Shown piece after piece: positions 29,845-39,121 of a DNA stretch of 48,926 nucleotides (its first letter is position 1; every line of letters starts with the position of its first letter). The notes under the pieces were generated by a model. The model did no database searches. It was given only the letters and a program-made list of their open reading frames with translations, and was not told the DNA's origin. The translations under genes and the position numbers were made by a program. This DNA is from an uncultured Thermococci archaeon. Lineage in GTDB: Archaea; CAYQAE01; CAYVLA01. The stretch is taken from the NCBI GenBank assembly GCA_964549615.1, contig CAZJVP010000079.1, positions 1-48,926 of the forward strand, read 5' to 3'.

Positions 29845-30645
29845 CTACGTCCTCGCCCTGTGACAAGCCTGCCTCAGGGATGTTACAAAGGATTTAACCG
29901 AGTCCAGCCCCTCATCTTGTCTGCGGACGATCCCGCTGCCCACGACTATCCCGTCTATGCCTAGGCGTTTCAGAAAGAGAACCTGATCCGGGCCGGAGAT
30001 GCCGAACCCCACGCATATTGGGGTGGTGACCATTTCCCTGATTCGCTGCACGGCCTCTCGGAGGCTGGGACCCAGCCGGTCCCTTTCGCCTGTGACCCCC
30101 AGTGAGGAGAAAAGGTATACGAAGCCGTTCGCAACAGTCGCCGTTGCCCTGATCCTGATCGTAGGGGAGTTTGGAGAGAGAAAATAGATCAGGTTCATGC
30201 CGGAGCTCTTGACAAGGATGCGAAGTTCCTCGGATTCCTCGATCGGCAGGTCGGGCACCAGTAGACCGTCGATCCCGGCGGCTTGGCATTCCGAGACGAA
30301 GCGCTCCTGTCCGTACTGCAGGACCGGGTTGTAGTAGGTCATGAACAAGATGGGTGTCTGCACCGACGCCCTGATCTCTTCTGCAAGGCAAAGTGCCTTG
30401 GGTGGGTTCATTCCACGCTCCAGGGCGGTCTTGTGTGCGCTCGCGAGAACCTTTCCGTCCGCCACCGGATCGGAGAAGGGGATCCCAAGTTCTATCATAT
30501 CCGATCCGGCTTCCACAACTTTGAGAGCAGCATCAAGACTGGACTCGTAGGTGGGGTAACCCGCAACCAAGTATGTGCCCAAGACCAGCCTGTCCTCTGA
30601 TGCTGATTGGGCGAAGGCTTTCTGGATCCTGTTCAAATCAGCCAC
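29845..30645 (-). CDS. trpA: Tryptophan synthase alpha chain
   Basis: [40 protein letters not shown]. Confidence 0.97.
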   Translation of the reverse strand: MADLNRIQKAFAQSASEDRLVLGTYLVAGYPTYESSLDAALKVVEAGSDMIELGIPFSDPVADGKVLASAHKTALERGMNPPKALCLAEEIRASVQTPILFMTYYNPVLQYGQERFVSECQAAGIDGLLVPDLPIEESEELRILVKSSGMNLIYFLSPNSPTIRIRATATVANGFVYLFSSLGVTGERDRLGPSLREAVQRIREMVTTPICVGFGISGPDQVLFLKRLGIDGIVVGSGIVRRQDEGLDSVKSFVTSLRQACHRART

Positions 30646-31817
30646 GCCTGCCCCTTGCGTCCCAGATGTCGAAATATCACATCGAGATCCTTGTCACCCC
30701 TGCCTGAGAGGTTGACCACTAGGATCTGGTGCGGGTCCATATCGCGGGCTAGAATCTCGGCGTATGCCAGCGCGTGTGCCGACTCCAAGGCGGGTATGAT
30801 TCCCTCTAACCTGCTAAGCGTACAAGCGGCCTCAACGGCTTCATCGTCGTTGACGCTGACGTACCTCACCCTTTTCTTATCCTTCCAATCGGCATGTTCC
30901 GGTCCCGCCCCCGGGTAGTCCAAGCCCGCCGATATGCTGTGAGTTTCCAGAATTTGGCCGAACTTGTCTTGGAGCAGATAGGACATCGCGCCGTGCAGAA
31001 CCCCTCTCGTTCCCACGCAGAGAGCTGCACAGTGCTTGGAGCTCAGGCCCAGGCCGCCAGCTTGTACTCCGTAAAGCTCAACTTCGTCCGGGATGAAGTC
31101 GTAGAAGATCCCCGCCGCGTTGCTTCCACCTCCTACGCAAGCAACGATCCTGTCCGGCAGACGCCCTTCCGAAGAGAGGATCTGTTCTCGCGTTTCCTTG
31201 CCGATCACCCTCTGGAAATCACGCACCATCGTTGGATACGGGTGGGGTCCCACAACCGAACCCAGCACATAGAAGCTGTCCTGCACGTTCGCGGCCCAGT
31301 CCCTCATCGCCTCGTTGATCGCGTCCTTCAGGGTTCCTGACCCGCCCCTTACCTCTATCACATCAGCGCCGCACAGCCTCATGCGGAATACGTTCATCCT
31401 CTGGCGTTCCATGTCCTTCGAACCCATGTAGATGACGCAGTCAAGGCCGATTCTGGCGGCGGCCATGGCCGTCGCTATGCCGTGCTGACCCGCCCCCGTC
31501 TCCGCTATGATGCGGTTCTTGCCCATCCTCTTGGCGAGAAGCGCCTGTCCCAATGTGTTGTTCAGCTTGTGAGCTCCGCCATGCAAAAGGTCCTCCCGCT
31601 TCAGGTATATCCTCGTGCCCCATTGCTTGCTCAGGTTCGGAACATGGGTCAGCGGGGTCGGCCTCCCGGCGTAGCTGCTCAGAAGCTCGGCCAACTGTCT
31701 CCTGAAGCCCGGATCCTTCATCGCCCCCTCGTATGCCTCTTCAAGCTCGATCAGAGCAGGCATGATCATCTCCGACACGAACTGGCCGCCGTAGATTCCG
31801 AATTGTCTCATCATCAT
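30633..31817 (-). CDS. trpB: Tryptophan synthase beta chain (TrpB1 type)
   Basis: [52 protein letters not shown]. Confidence 0.98.
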   Translation of the reverse strand: MMMRQFGIYGGQFVSEMIMPALIELEEAYEGAMKDPGFRRQLAELLSSYAGRPTPLTHVPNLSKQWGTRIYLKREDLLHGGAHKLNNTLGQALLAKRMGKNRIIAETGAGQHGIATAMAAARIGLDCVIYMGSKDMERQRMNVFRMRLCGADVIEVRGGSGTLKDAINEAMRDWAANVQDSFYVLGSVVGPHPYPTMVRDFQRVIGKETREQILSSEGRLPDRIVACVGGGSNAAGIFYDFIPDEVELYGVQAGGLGLSSKHCAALCVGTRGVLHGAMSYLLQDKFGQILETHSISAGLDYPGAGPEHADWKDKKRVRYVSVNDDEAVEAACTLSRLEGIIPALESAHALAYAEILARDMDPHQILVVNLSGRGDKDLDVIFRHLGRKGQAWLI

Positions 31818-32479
31818 GCCTCCTTTGCTGAGGACACGAACCTTCTCACCAGATCGGGGTCCTTGATTCCGGGCCTTGCCTCGACTCCGCTGGAGACATC
31901 CACTCCAAACGGCCTCACCTTTGCGATGGCTCGTTGGATGTTGCCCTGGCTAAGGCCCCCCGCGAGTATCACCTCGGTCCGGCCAAGCTTCTTCCGAAGC
32001 CATCGTGAGATCTCCCAGTCATGGGTCATTCCTGTTCCGCCCCATAAGCCCGGCGTTCTCGTGTCGAGAAGAATCCGGTCCGACACTCCCGCGTAGGACC
32101 GGCACATGGTCAACAAATCATGCCGGTTCGGGCATTGCCCAATCGCGATCGATGTGATCACCCTGATTTCTCTGAGTCCCTCTTCCTCTAGCATCTCTCT
32201 GAGTCTTGTCAGGTCGCTTGGTGTCCCGATTCCGTGGAGCTGCATTGCCGTCGGACAGACGACCCTGGCAAGCTCGACGGTCTTCTCGACCCCCTCCCAA
32301 ACGGTAACCGCTACTCTTTCCAAGCCGTCCACCCTTCTGAGGAGCTCTCGGGCAGTCTCCGGCTTCACCGCGCGGGGGGAAGGGGCTCCGACTACCACCC
32401 CAGCAGCATCGGCTCCGCAGTCCATGGTCATCTTGACGTCCCTTTCCGTCGTCAGGCCACAGATTTTCACCCAAACCAC
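31814..32479 (-). CDS. trpF: Phosphoribosylanthranilate isomerase
   Basis: [33 protein letters not shown]. Confidence 0.95.
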   Translation of the reverse strand: MVWVKICGLTTERDVKMTMDCGADAAGVVVGAPSPRAVKPETARELLRRVDGLERVAVTVWEGVEKTVELARVVCPTAMQLHGIGTPSDLTRLREMLEEEGLREIRVITSIAIGQCPNRHDLLTMCRSYAGVSDRILLDTRTPGLWGGTGMTHDWEISRWLRKKLGRTEVILAGGLSQGNIQRAIAKVRPFGVDVSSGVEARPGIKDPDLVRRFVSSAKEA

Positions 32480-33258
32480 TTGGTCACCCTTCCCTGAAGC
32501 TCGAGCAGCTTTCCGCGGACGTCCGCGGTCATCAAGGCGGATCCAACTAGGAAAGCGTCGCAGTAGCTCTCCATCTTTTCGACATCCTCCCTGGAGCGGT
32601 ACCCGCTTTCACTTACCACAAGGCATCGCTTTGGTGCATACTTGGACAGCTTTCTGGTCGTCTGGAGGTCGACCTTGAGACTCGATAGGTCCCTGTTGTT
32701 TATCGCGACGAGCTCCGGTTCCAAGCTGGCCGCCGCCTGCATCTCGGAGCGGGTGTGCACCTCCACAAGGGGGGTCAGACCCTCTTCCATGGCCTTGTCG
32801 TACATGTTATGCATGCGCTTCCCGAGCAGGCGGACGATGAGAAGAACGGCGTCAGCACCCAATCTCCTAGCCTCTTGGATCTCTTCCTCGGTGGTCAGGA
32901 AGTCCTTCATCAGGATAGGGACCTCGCTGCAGGCGGCGGCCTTCGCCAGCAAGGCCTTGCTGCCGCCAAAGAAATGCCCCTCGGTCAGAACTGATATCCC
33001 CGCGACGTCGGCCGCTACCATCTCCCGAACGATCTCACGTGGGTCGGTGACCCGCCTGAGAAATCCCTGCGTCGGGGATCGGGGCTTTATTTCGCCGATT
33101 ATCGGGGTAATGGCCTGGGCGTTGACGCTCCTTATGCTCTCTGGGAGGCTTCGGGGTGCTCTTGTGTGCGTATGGCGGACCGGTGCCTTCGGCGTCTTCC
33201 TCTTTTCCTCCAGCACTCTGGCTATCAGGTCTTGCCCATGGAGAGCCGGTTCAGGCAA
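32467..33258 (-). CDS. trpC: Indole-3-glycerol phosphate synthase
   Basis: EIKPRSP, ISVLTE, LMKDF, GADAVLLI, LVEVH, INNRDL, SESG, LVGSALM. Confidence 0.95.
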   Translation of the reverse strand: MPEPALHGQDLIARVLEEKRKTPKAPVRHTHTRAPRSLPESIRSVNAQAITPIIGEIKPRSPTQGFLRRVTDPREIVREMVAADVAGISVLTEGHFFGGSKALLAKAAACSEVPILMKDFLTTEEEIQEARRLGADAVLLIVRLLGKRMHNMYDKAMEEGLTPLVEVHTRSEMQAAASLEPELVAINNRDLSSLKVDLQTTRKLSKYAPKRCLVVSESGYRSREDVEKMESYCDAFLVGSALMTADVRGKLLELQGRVTKWFG

Positions 33259-34308
33259 TCAGGCTCCCTCCAACAATCCGTGTACCCTGCCCTCGTTCCC
33301 ATTTGCCCTAAGGAACTCCACCAGGGTCCGGAGGGCACTCCCACTCTCTATTGACTCATAGGCTCTGCTCAGCCCTTCCCGAAGATCGCATGCTTGTCCC
33401 GAAGCCACGATCGCTGCCGCCGCATTCACGGCAACTGCGTCCTCCTTAGGTCCTTCGCACCTGCCAGCTAAGATATTCACCATTATCCTTGCATTAGTCC
33501 CCACATCCCCGCCCTTCAGATCGCCGAGCGTTGCACGCTTGATGCCGAGGTCCTCTGGGGTCAGCAGGTAGTTCTTGACCGATCCATCACGCAGCTCCGA
33601 GACCTTTGTGGCACACGTGGTGGATATCTCGTCTTGTCCGTCCTCCCCATGAACGACGAAGACGCGCTCTAGACCCAGCTTTGCTGCGACCTGTGCCAGC
33701 TTCCCCGTCAGCGATCCGTCATAGACGCCCAAGACGTGCCTCTTGGCGTCACACGGGTTCGTCAGGGGTCCGAGGACGTTGAACACCGTCCTGACCCCTA
33801 TCTCGCGCCTTGGTGCCAGTGCGTGCTTCATGCCCGGGTGGAAGACCGGGGCGAACATGAAACAGACCCCTGTTTTCTCCATGACCCTGGCCACCTCGTC
33901 GGGCCTCAGGTCCATCCGGGCGCCGAGAAACTCGAGTACGTCCGCCGAACCACACTTGCTGGAGACCGACCTGTTACCATGCTTCGCCACCCGGACCCCT
34001 GCCCCGCCTGCCACGAACATGGAGACTGTTGATATGTTGAAGGTGCACAGTCCGTCGCCGCCTGTGCCACATGTGTCCACTACCCTGCCCTCGACCGTTG
34101 GTCGGATCCTCACCGAGTTCTCCCTCATCTCTTGGGCCAAGGCCGCTATCTCATCGACGGTCTCCCCCTTCATCCTCATCCCCGCCAGCAGCGCCGCGAT
34201 CTGGGCGGGCGTGGCCTGGCCTTCCATGATCTCCTTCATGGCTTGGCGGGCCAGATCAGGTGTCAGATTTCGGCCATCCAGTACCAAAGCTATCGCTTCC
34301 TTGATCAC
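33259..34308 (-). CDS. trpD: Anthranilate phosphoribosyltransferase
   Basis: DTCGTGGD, NIST, KHGNRSVSS, GSADVLE, RTVFNVLGPL. Confidence 0.97.
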   Translation of the reverse strand: MIKEAIALVLDGRNLTPDLARQAMKEIMEGQATPAQIAALLAGMRMKGETVDEIAALAQEMRENSVRIRPTVEGRVVDTCGTGGDGLCTFNISTVSMFVAGGAGVRVAKHGNRSVSSKCGSADVLEFLGARMDLRPDEVARVMEKTGVCFMFAPVFHPGMKHALAPRREIGVRTVFNVLGPLTNPCDAKRHVLGVYDGSLTGKLAQVAAKLGLERVFVVHGEDGQDEISTTCATKVSELRDGSVKNYLLTPEDLGIKRATLGDLKGGDVGTNARIMVNILAGRCEGPKEDAVAVNAAAAIVASGQACDLREGLSRAYESIESGSALRTLVEFLRANGNEGRVHGLLEGA

Positions 34309-34877
34309 GCCAGACCACCCAGGAAATTGCGAAACATGGTTTTGCCCTCCATCGTGAGCACGGATTCGGGGTGGAACTGGACGCCCTCGATGGGCATCTC
34401 CCGGTGCCTTATGCCCATGATCAACCCGTCCTCCGTCCTAGAGGTGACCTCAAGTTCCTGTGGCAGGCCTTCCTCTGAAACAAGCAGGGAATGGTACCTT
34501 ACGGCCGAGAAGGGATTCTGAAGGCCGCTGTATATGCCTCTCCCGTCATGGCGGATCAGCGAGCATTTCCCATGGACGGGCTGGGGGGCGTGCACGATGC
34601 GGGCCCCGAAGACCCACCCGATCACCTGATGGCCCAAGCAGATGCCGAGCACGGGAACGCCGGAGAAGTGCTCGACCAAGCGCCCGCATATGCCCGCATA
34701 CTCGGGGCGCCCTGGTCCCGGGGAGATGATCACGGCATCCGGATCGATGTTCTCCGCATCGGAGATCGAGATGTTGTTCCTCCGCGTGATGACCTCCGCG
34801 CCCAGGGCCCCCAGACATTGGACTATGTTGTAGACGAAGGAATCGTAGTTGTCGATTACAAGAATCCTGGCGGTCAT
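34305..34877 (-). CDS. trpG: Anthranilate synthase component II
   Basis: IDNYDSF, SPGPG, LGICLGHQ, RYHSL, QFHPES; ATGA overlap with the trpE stop. Confidence 0.95.
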   Translation of the reverse strand: MTARILVIDNYDSFVYNIVQCLGALGAEVITRRNNISISDAENIDPDAVIISPGPGRPEYAGICGRLVEHFSGVPVLGICLGHQVIGWVFGARIVHAPQPVHGKCSLIRHDGRGIYSGLQNPFSAVRYHSLLVSEEGLPQELEVTSRTEDGLIMGIRHREMPIEGVQFHPESVLTMEGKTMFRNFLGGLA

Positions 34878-36241
34878 TCGGCGTGGCCCCCAATTGCTGC
34901 ATAGAGCGCCTTGAGCTTGTTCCGACACTCGGTGAACTCTCTTTCGGGGTCGGAGTCGTACACGATTCCCGAGCCCGCTTGGAGGTGCAGCTTGCCCGGG
35001 CTTGTGAACATCGTCCTGATGGCTATCGCCAGATCCATGTTGCCCCTGAAGTCGAAGTAACCGACTGCACCGGCGTAGGGGCCCCTCCTATAAGGCTCAA
35101 GTTCTTCTATGATCTCCATCGCTCGGACCTTGGGCGCTCCAGTCACGGTTCCCGCCGGGAAAACCGCGCCAAGGGTATCCAGGGCATCCTTGTCCGGTCT
35201 CAGCTGGGATGTGACGTTGGACACTATGTGTTGGACATGGCTGTACTTCTCAGTGGACATCAGCTCGTCGACGACAACGGATCCGTAGGTTGAGACGCGG
35301 CCCAGATCATTCCTGGCAAGATCCACAAGCATCAGGTGTTCTGCGCGCTCCTTCTCGTCTAGGAGCATCTCCATCCTGAGTCTCTCATCCTCCTCGATGT
35401 CCTTGCCCCTGGGCCTTGTGCCTGCCAGAGGGCGACTCACGAGCCTCCCTTTCTCCAGCCTGACCAGCATCTCGGGCGAGGATCCCACTATTTTTGTGTC
35501 CGGGAAATCGAGGTAGTATTGGTACGGGGAGGGATTGACGCGGCGAAGAAGCTCGTACAGCGAGAGCGGATCCCCCTTGAAGTTAGCGTCATACCTCAGG
35601 GATAGGACGACCTGGAAGATTTCGCCATCGACTATGTACTGTCTGGCCTTCTCCACAGCTTCTTCATAGTCCTCTTTGCCCATCCAAGAAGTGAAGCGAC
35701 CAACCCTTGCCGGTGATGGGCCACTGCTGCTCCCAAGCTCGATCGCATCCGCCCTGTCCGTCCCATGCGATATGAGCAGACACTCGTTCGCCACGTGGTC
35801 GAGACATACTAGGTGTCTTGGCATGACCAGACAGGTCTCCGGAAGCCCGAGGCTGTCCGGCTTCAGAGCCGGTAGATCCTCGAACTGCCGGACAAGATCG
35901 TAGGATAGATAGCCCACAAGGCCACCCGAGAAGGGTGTTATGCCCACGGACCCCACCCGGTAGGCCCCGAGGATGTTCCTGAGAGCTGACACGGGGTTCC
36001 CCTCAGTCCTTTCGACCTGCCCTTCGGTCGATATCTCGATTCTGTTCCCCTTTGATCTGAAGCGAAGTATGGGGTCGAAGCCAACGAAGGAATACCGAGC
36101 CGTCTTGGTCGTCCCCTCCACGGATTCCAGGAGGAACTTGTCGCCCTCGAACTGCTCCCTGATGCTGCAGAAGATCTCCAAGGGATTAAGGTCCCTAGGG
36201 AGGCGGGAGATGTTGGTGGTAAGCTGCTGGACTGAACCCAC
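34874..36241 (-). CDS. trpE: Anthranilate synthase component I
   Basis: LLES, GEIFQVVLS, NPSPY, GSSPE, AGTR, KERAEHLMLVDLARND, TGAPKVRAM; co-operonic with trpG and trpD. Confidence 0.95.
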   Translation of the reverse strand: MGSVQQLTTNISRLPRDLNPLEIFCSIREQFEGDKFLLESVEGTTKTARYSFVGFDPILRFRSKGNRIEISTEGQVERTEGNPVSALRNILGAYRVGSVGITPFSGGLVGYLSYDLVRQFEDLPALKPDSLGLPETCLVMPRHLVCLDHVANECLLISHGTDRADAIELGSSSGPSPARVGRFTSWMGKEDYEEAVEKARQYIVDGEIFQVVLSLRYDANFKGDPLSLYELLRRVNPSPYQYYLDFPDTKIVGSSPEMLVRLEKGRLVSRPLAGTRPRGKDIEEDERLRMEMLLDEKERAEHLMLVDLARNDLGRVSTYGSVVVDELMSTEKYSHVQHIVSNVTSQLRPDKDALDTLGAVFPAGTVTGAPKVRAMEIIEELEPYRRGPYAGAVGYFDFRGNMDLAIAIRTMFTSPGKLHLQAGSGIVYDSDPEREFTECRNKLKALYAAIGGHAE

Positions 36242-36262
36242 GTCGGCAGGCCTGGATGTCCG

Positions 36263-36304
36263 ATTATTAACTCTTATGTACCTTAATGGTCATTGATGCC
36301 CATT
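36263..36304 (-). promoter_or_regulatory. trp operon promoter: TATA-like TTAATAAT plus upstream imperfect palindrome
   Basis: TTAATAAT (36270-36263) 22-29 nt before the trpE GTG; AATGGTCAT-TG-ATGCCCATT at 36285-36304. Confidence 0.5.
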
Positions 36305-36530
36305 TATGTCAGGAAGGAGAAAGCTTGTGGGGCCGACTGCCTACCCGTGCGATTTCCCTGACCCAGCGTTGCCCCGGTCGGCACGACGGAGAACGGAAGT
36401 GGAGCGGGCGGCGGTGCGGACGCTGGTGCGTCGCAACTCCGCAGGGTGTGCGGCGCTTAACCAATCTTAGCGTGGACAGGTCGACGTATCTGGGAACCCC
36501 GGGGAGGTTCACCTGTCGTCTGCATCCGAT

Positions 36531-36992
36531 TCACGCACGCCCGCGCATGCCGTTCACCACGTGGCACCGGGGTAGCAGGTCCATGACCGCCTTGGCCTTC
36601 GTCAACGCTGTTCGGGCCCGGGCTAGGAGCCCTTCCGCCATCTCGCGCGTATAGAACTTGCTTGGGGGAAGCAGATCGGAGCCGCTCAGGACCGGGTACC
36701 GGGCCTTGGTCATGTGAGGTTCGAGTTTCCTCAGCTGTTCGACAAGGTCGGCCATCGTTGGTCGGATCTCCGCACCTGCCTTCTGGCCGATTTTGTGTAT
36801 CACGAGGGAGTTCCGATGTTTCCTGCTCGGCTTGGCGCCTAGGGATATCAGCATGGCGGCAGCGGCATTCTCGGCGCAGGAGGCGCTCAGAAAAGCGCAC
36901 AGGGAATGTCTGCCCGTCGCGAAAGCCATCTCAGCATCTTCCAGCTGGCTCTCTGCCGTTGCTAGGTAAGCGTCAGCTTCTTTCGAATCCAT
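36531..36992 (-). CDS. HEPN domain protein (RYP-type), partner of the upstream MNT
   Basis: AESQLEDAE, CAENAAAAML, KH, LEPHMTKARYP, YTREMAE. Confidence 0.85.
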   Translation of the reverse strand: MDSKEADAYLATAESQLEDAEMAFATGRHSLCAFLSASCAENAAAAMLISLGAKPSRKHRNSLVIHKIGQKAGAEIRPTMADLVEQLRKLEPHMTKARYPVLSGSDLLPPSKFYTREMAEGLLARARTALTKAKAVMDLLPRCHVVNGMRGRA

Positions 36993-37627
36993 GCTCCCGT
37001 CTCCTCGTCGCGAGCCCAATCTCTGAACATCTGCCTCCTCTTGATTGAGAGCAATCCTTCCAGGCCGTCCCGGTCGTACAATATCCTGTAGCCTTCCAGC
37101 AGGCCGAACGAGAACGCCGTCTCAGCTTGGAGATTAGCAAGGAGGCCATCAAACGTCATGAAGACCGTTTCCACTGGCACGTCGTACTTGAACATCAGAT
37201 GATACACCAGGTCGTTCAGTTCCTCTTCGATCTCCACCTCGGACACCACCAATAGGTCGATGTCGCTTTCGGGGGTGGTCTGTCCTTTCGCTAGGCTACC
37301 GAAGAGTATCACGGCCATTACGCGATCATCCCGACTCAACTCCTCGGCTATGAGCCTGGCTTTGGTCTCGGGAAGGGAGCGGTTCCGTACGATGGGCATG
37401 AACAGCGGATCGGCCTCCGCCGTCTCAGAGGGTCGAACCAATGCGTATCGATCGCCCCGACGCTCAGTGATCTGGGATTGGCAGAGTTCCTCGAGTTTCT
37501 TCGAGAGCCAGCGATGGCTAAGCTGGGTGGCGGATTTCAGTTCTCCGTAAGTCTTGGGGCCGTCCAGCAAAGACGACACTATCGTGCCCTCAGGCGTTAT
37601 CTCCACCAGAGAGAGCTTCCTCTGCAC
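36962..37627 (-). CDS. Winged-HTH fused to a minimal nucleotidyltransferase
   Basis: N-terminal LLDGPKTYGELKSATQLSHRWLSKKLEEL; C-terminal LFGSLAKG...SDIDLLV. Confidence 0.85.
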   Translation of the reverse strand: MQRKLSLVEITPEGTIVSSLLDGPKTYGELKSATQLSHRWLSKKLEELCQSQITERRGDRYALVRPSETAEADPLFMPIVRNRSLPETKARLIAEELSRDDRVMAVILFGSLAKGQTTPESDIDLLVVSEVEIEEELNDLVYHLMFKYDVPVETVFMTFDGLLANLQAETAFSFGLLEGYRILYDRDGLEGLLSIKRRQMFRDWARDEETGAWIRKKLTLT

Positions 37628-38250
37628 ACGGTAAAGTGAGCTTCACAAAGTATAAGTATCTTTGCTCTGTTCGGCTGTCATGGCTGCGAGCCTGCGAGAG
37701 AACTTTCGCGGCGGATGTGTGCAGGAGAAGCCCTGCAGGCACCATGGTCAGCTAGGATGGAATCAGATTCGCTCCCAGTGCTGCATGCTGCATGGTGCCG
37801 CCCTCAGCCTCAGGAACACCTAACGATTCGTGGCTTATGCCCTTTTTGGCGAACTCGGGCATCAATCGGTATGTCAGCTCGACCTTGGGTACGTCAGGGT
37901 GATTCTACCGGGCTCGGGAAACGGAAAGCATAACCGGGGGATAGGGCTGGATGTCGTTGGCCGAAGGCTCAGGTAGGGCGGATTGGGATATTCGACCCGC
38001 TGGTCGCTCCCTCCCCTGAGGAGACTCTCGGGACCAGCATGAAGGGATGCTCTTTGGCATTGGTCATGCGGAACTCAATTGTTCTCCTTCGATTTCCCCT
38101 GTTTCAAATCCCAAGGGCAAGCTGTTGCTCGTGGCATGCGTGGGCCTGGCCCCGGAAGTCAGTTCTACATTGCGATGCTTATGTTCCCCCTGTTGGCCGT
38201 CTGGAGAACGGCGGAGTTCGTTCCGCCCGCAAATGCCGGAGGCTCGGCGG

Positions 38251-39117
38251 TTAGATGGGTTTACCCATGAGGATGAACTGAGTGTCCTCCTCTGATAGCT
38301 CGCCGTTCACCCAGAATCGAACGACCTGGATGGCGGGAAGGGTGATGTCCCTGGTAGTGAATGACAGATAAGCCATCTGCCCTTTCCTGAGGCTCCCGAA
38401 GCGAACCGTCCCGAAGGGAGGGCCGTCGTTGACGTGGACGAACTCGCCCACGATTTCACGGATCTTCGGGTTCAGATACAGGCTTGAGGTCCCATCCTTG
38501 CCGAACTCTATGTCGGACACCGAATCATCGCGGTTCAGGTAGAAATCAGCGGCACCTTGGAAGACGGAGATATTCCCGTGCTCAGGTAGCCAGACCAGGG
38601 CAAATGCGCTGCAGGCACCGTATACCTCTGGGTGGGCCGAGCTTGGAACCCATGCCAGCATGTCCGAGAAGTCATAGAAGCGGACGAATAGATTGACCTT
38701 CTCCGCCTCAAACTCCTTTGTATAGGTGTAGGGCACCTTGGCTTTCAGTGTTTCGTACCCGACGTTGGCGGGCAGCCCGTTCGCCAGAGACCACATGCCA
38801 CTGGAAACGGTCAGGAACCTGTACGGATCGCTGTCGGAGAGCACCGACTCATTGAAACCTTCCGTGACGTAGAGCTGTCCCATCTTGGGGCCAGTCACCC
38901 TGTAGAGATAGCAGTACTGCACGACGAGGTCTTCCACATTCTTTCTGGCCAGGATGTTGAGCGCGAATCTGTTCGGCACGCCCGCCGAAAACCTTTCAGG
39001 GTACTCCACCTTGAGGACCGTGATGCGCGATCTGGCCTTCTCGCCCAAAAAGAGCATGACCGGTACGGATGATCCGACCAGGCAGACAAGAATCACTCCG
39101 ATCAGTTCCCTATCCAT
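38251..39117 (-). CDS. Uncharacterised N-terminally anchored protein, partner of paralogue C
   Basis: MDRELIGVILVCLV TM; homologous to 10907-11821; GAGGTGA RBS; 4 nt after the paralogue C stop. Confidence 0.75.
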   Translation of the reverse strand: MDRELIGVILVCLVGSSVPVMLFLGEKARSRITVLKVEYPERFSAGVPNRFALNILARKNVEDLVVQYCYLYRVTGPKMGQLYVTEGFNESVLSDSDPYRFLTVSSGMWSLANGLPANVGYETLKAKVPYTYTKEFEAEKVNLFVRFYDFSDMLAWVPSSAHPEVYGACSAFALVWLPEHGNISVFQGAADFYLNRDDSVSDIEFGKDGTSSLYLNPKIREIVGEFVHVNDGPPFGTVRFGSLRKGQMAYLSFTTRDITLPAIQVVRFWVNGELSEEDTQFILMGKPI

Positions 39118-39121
39118 GCAA

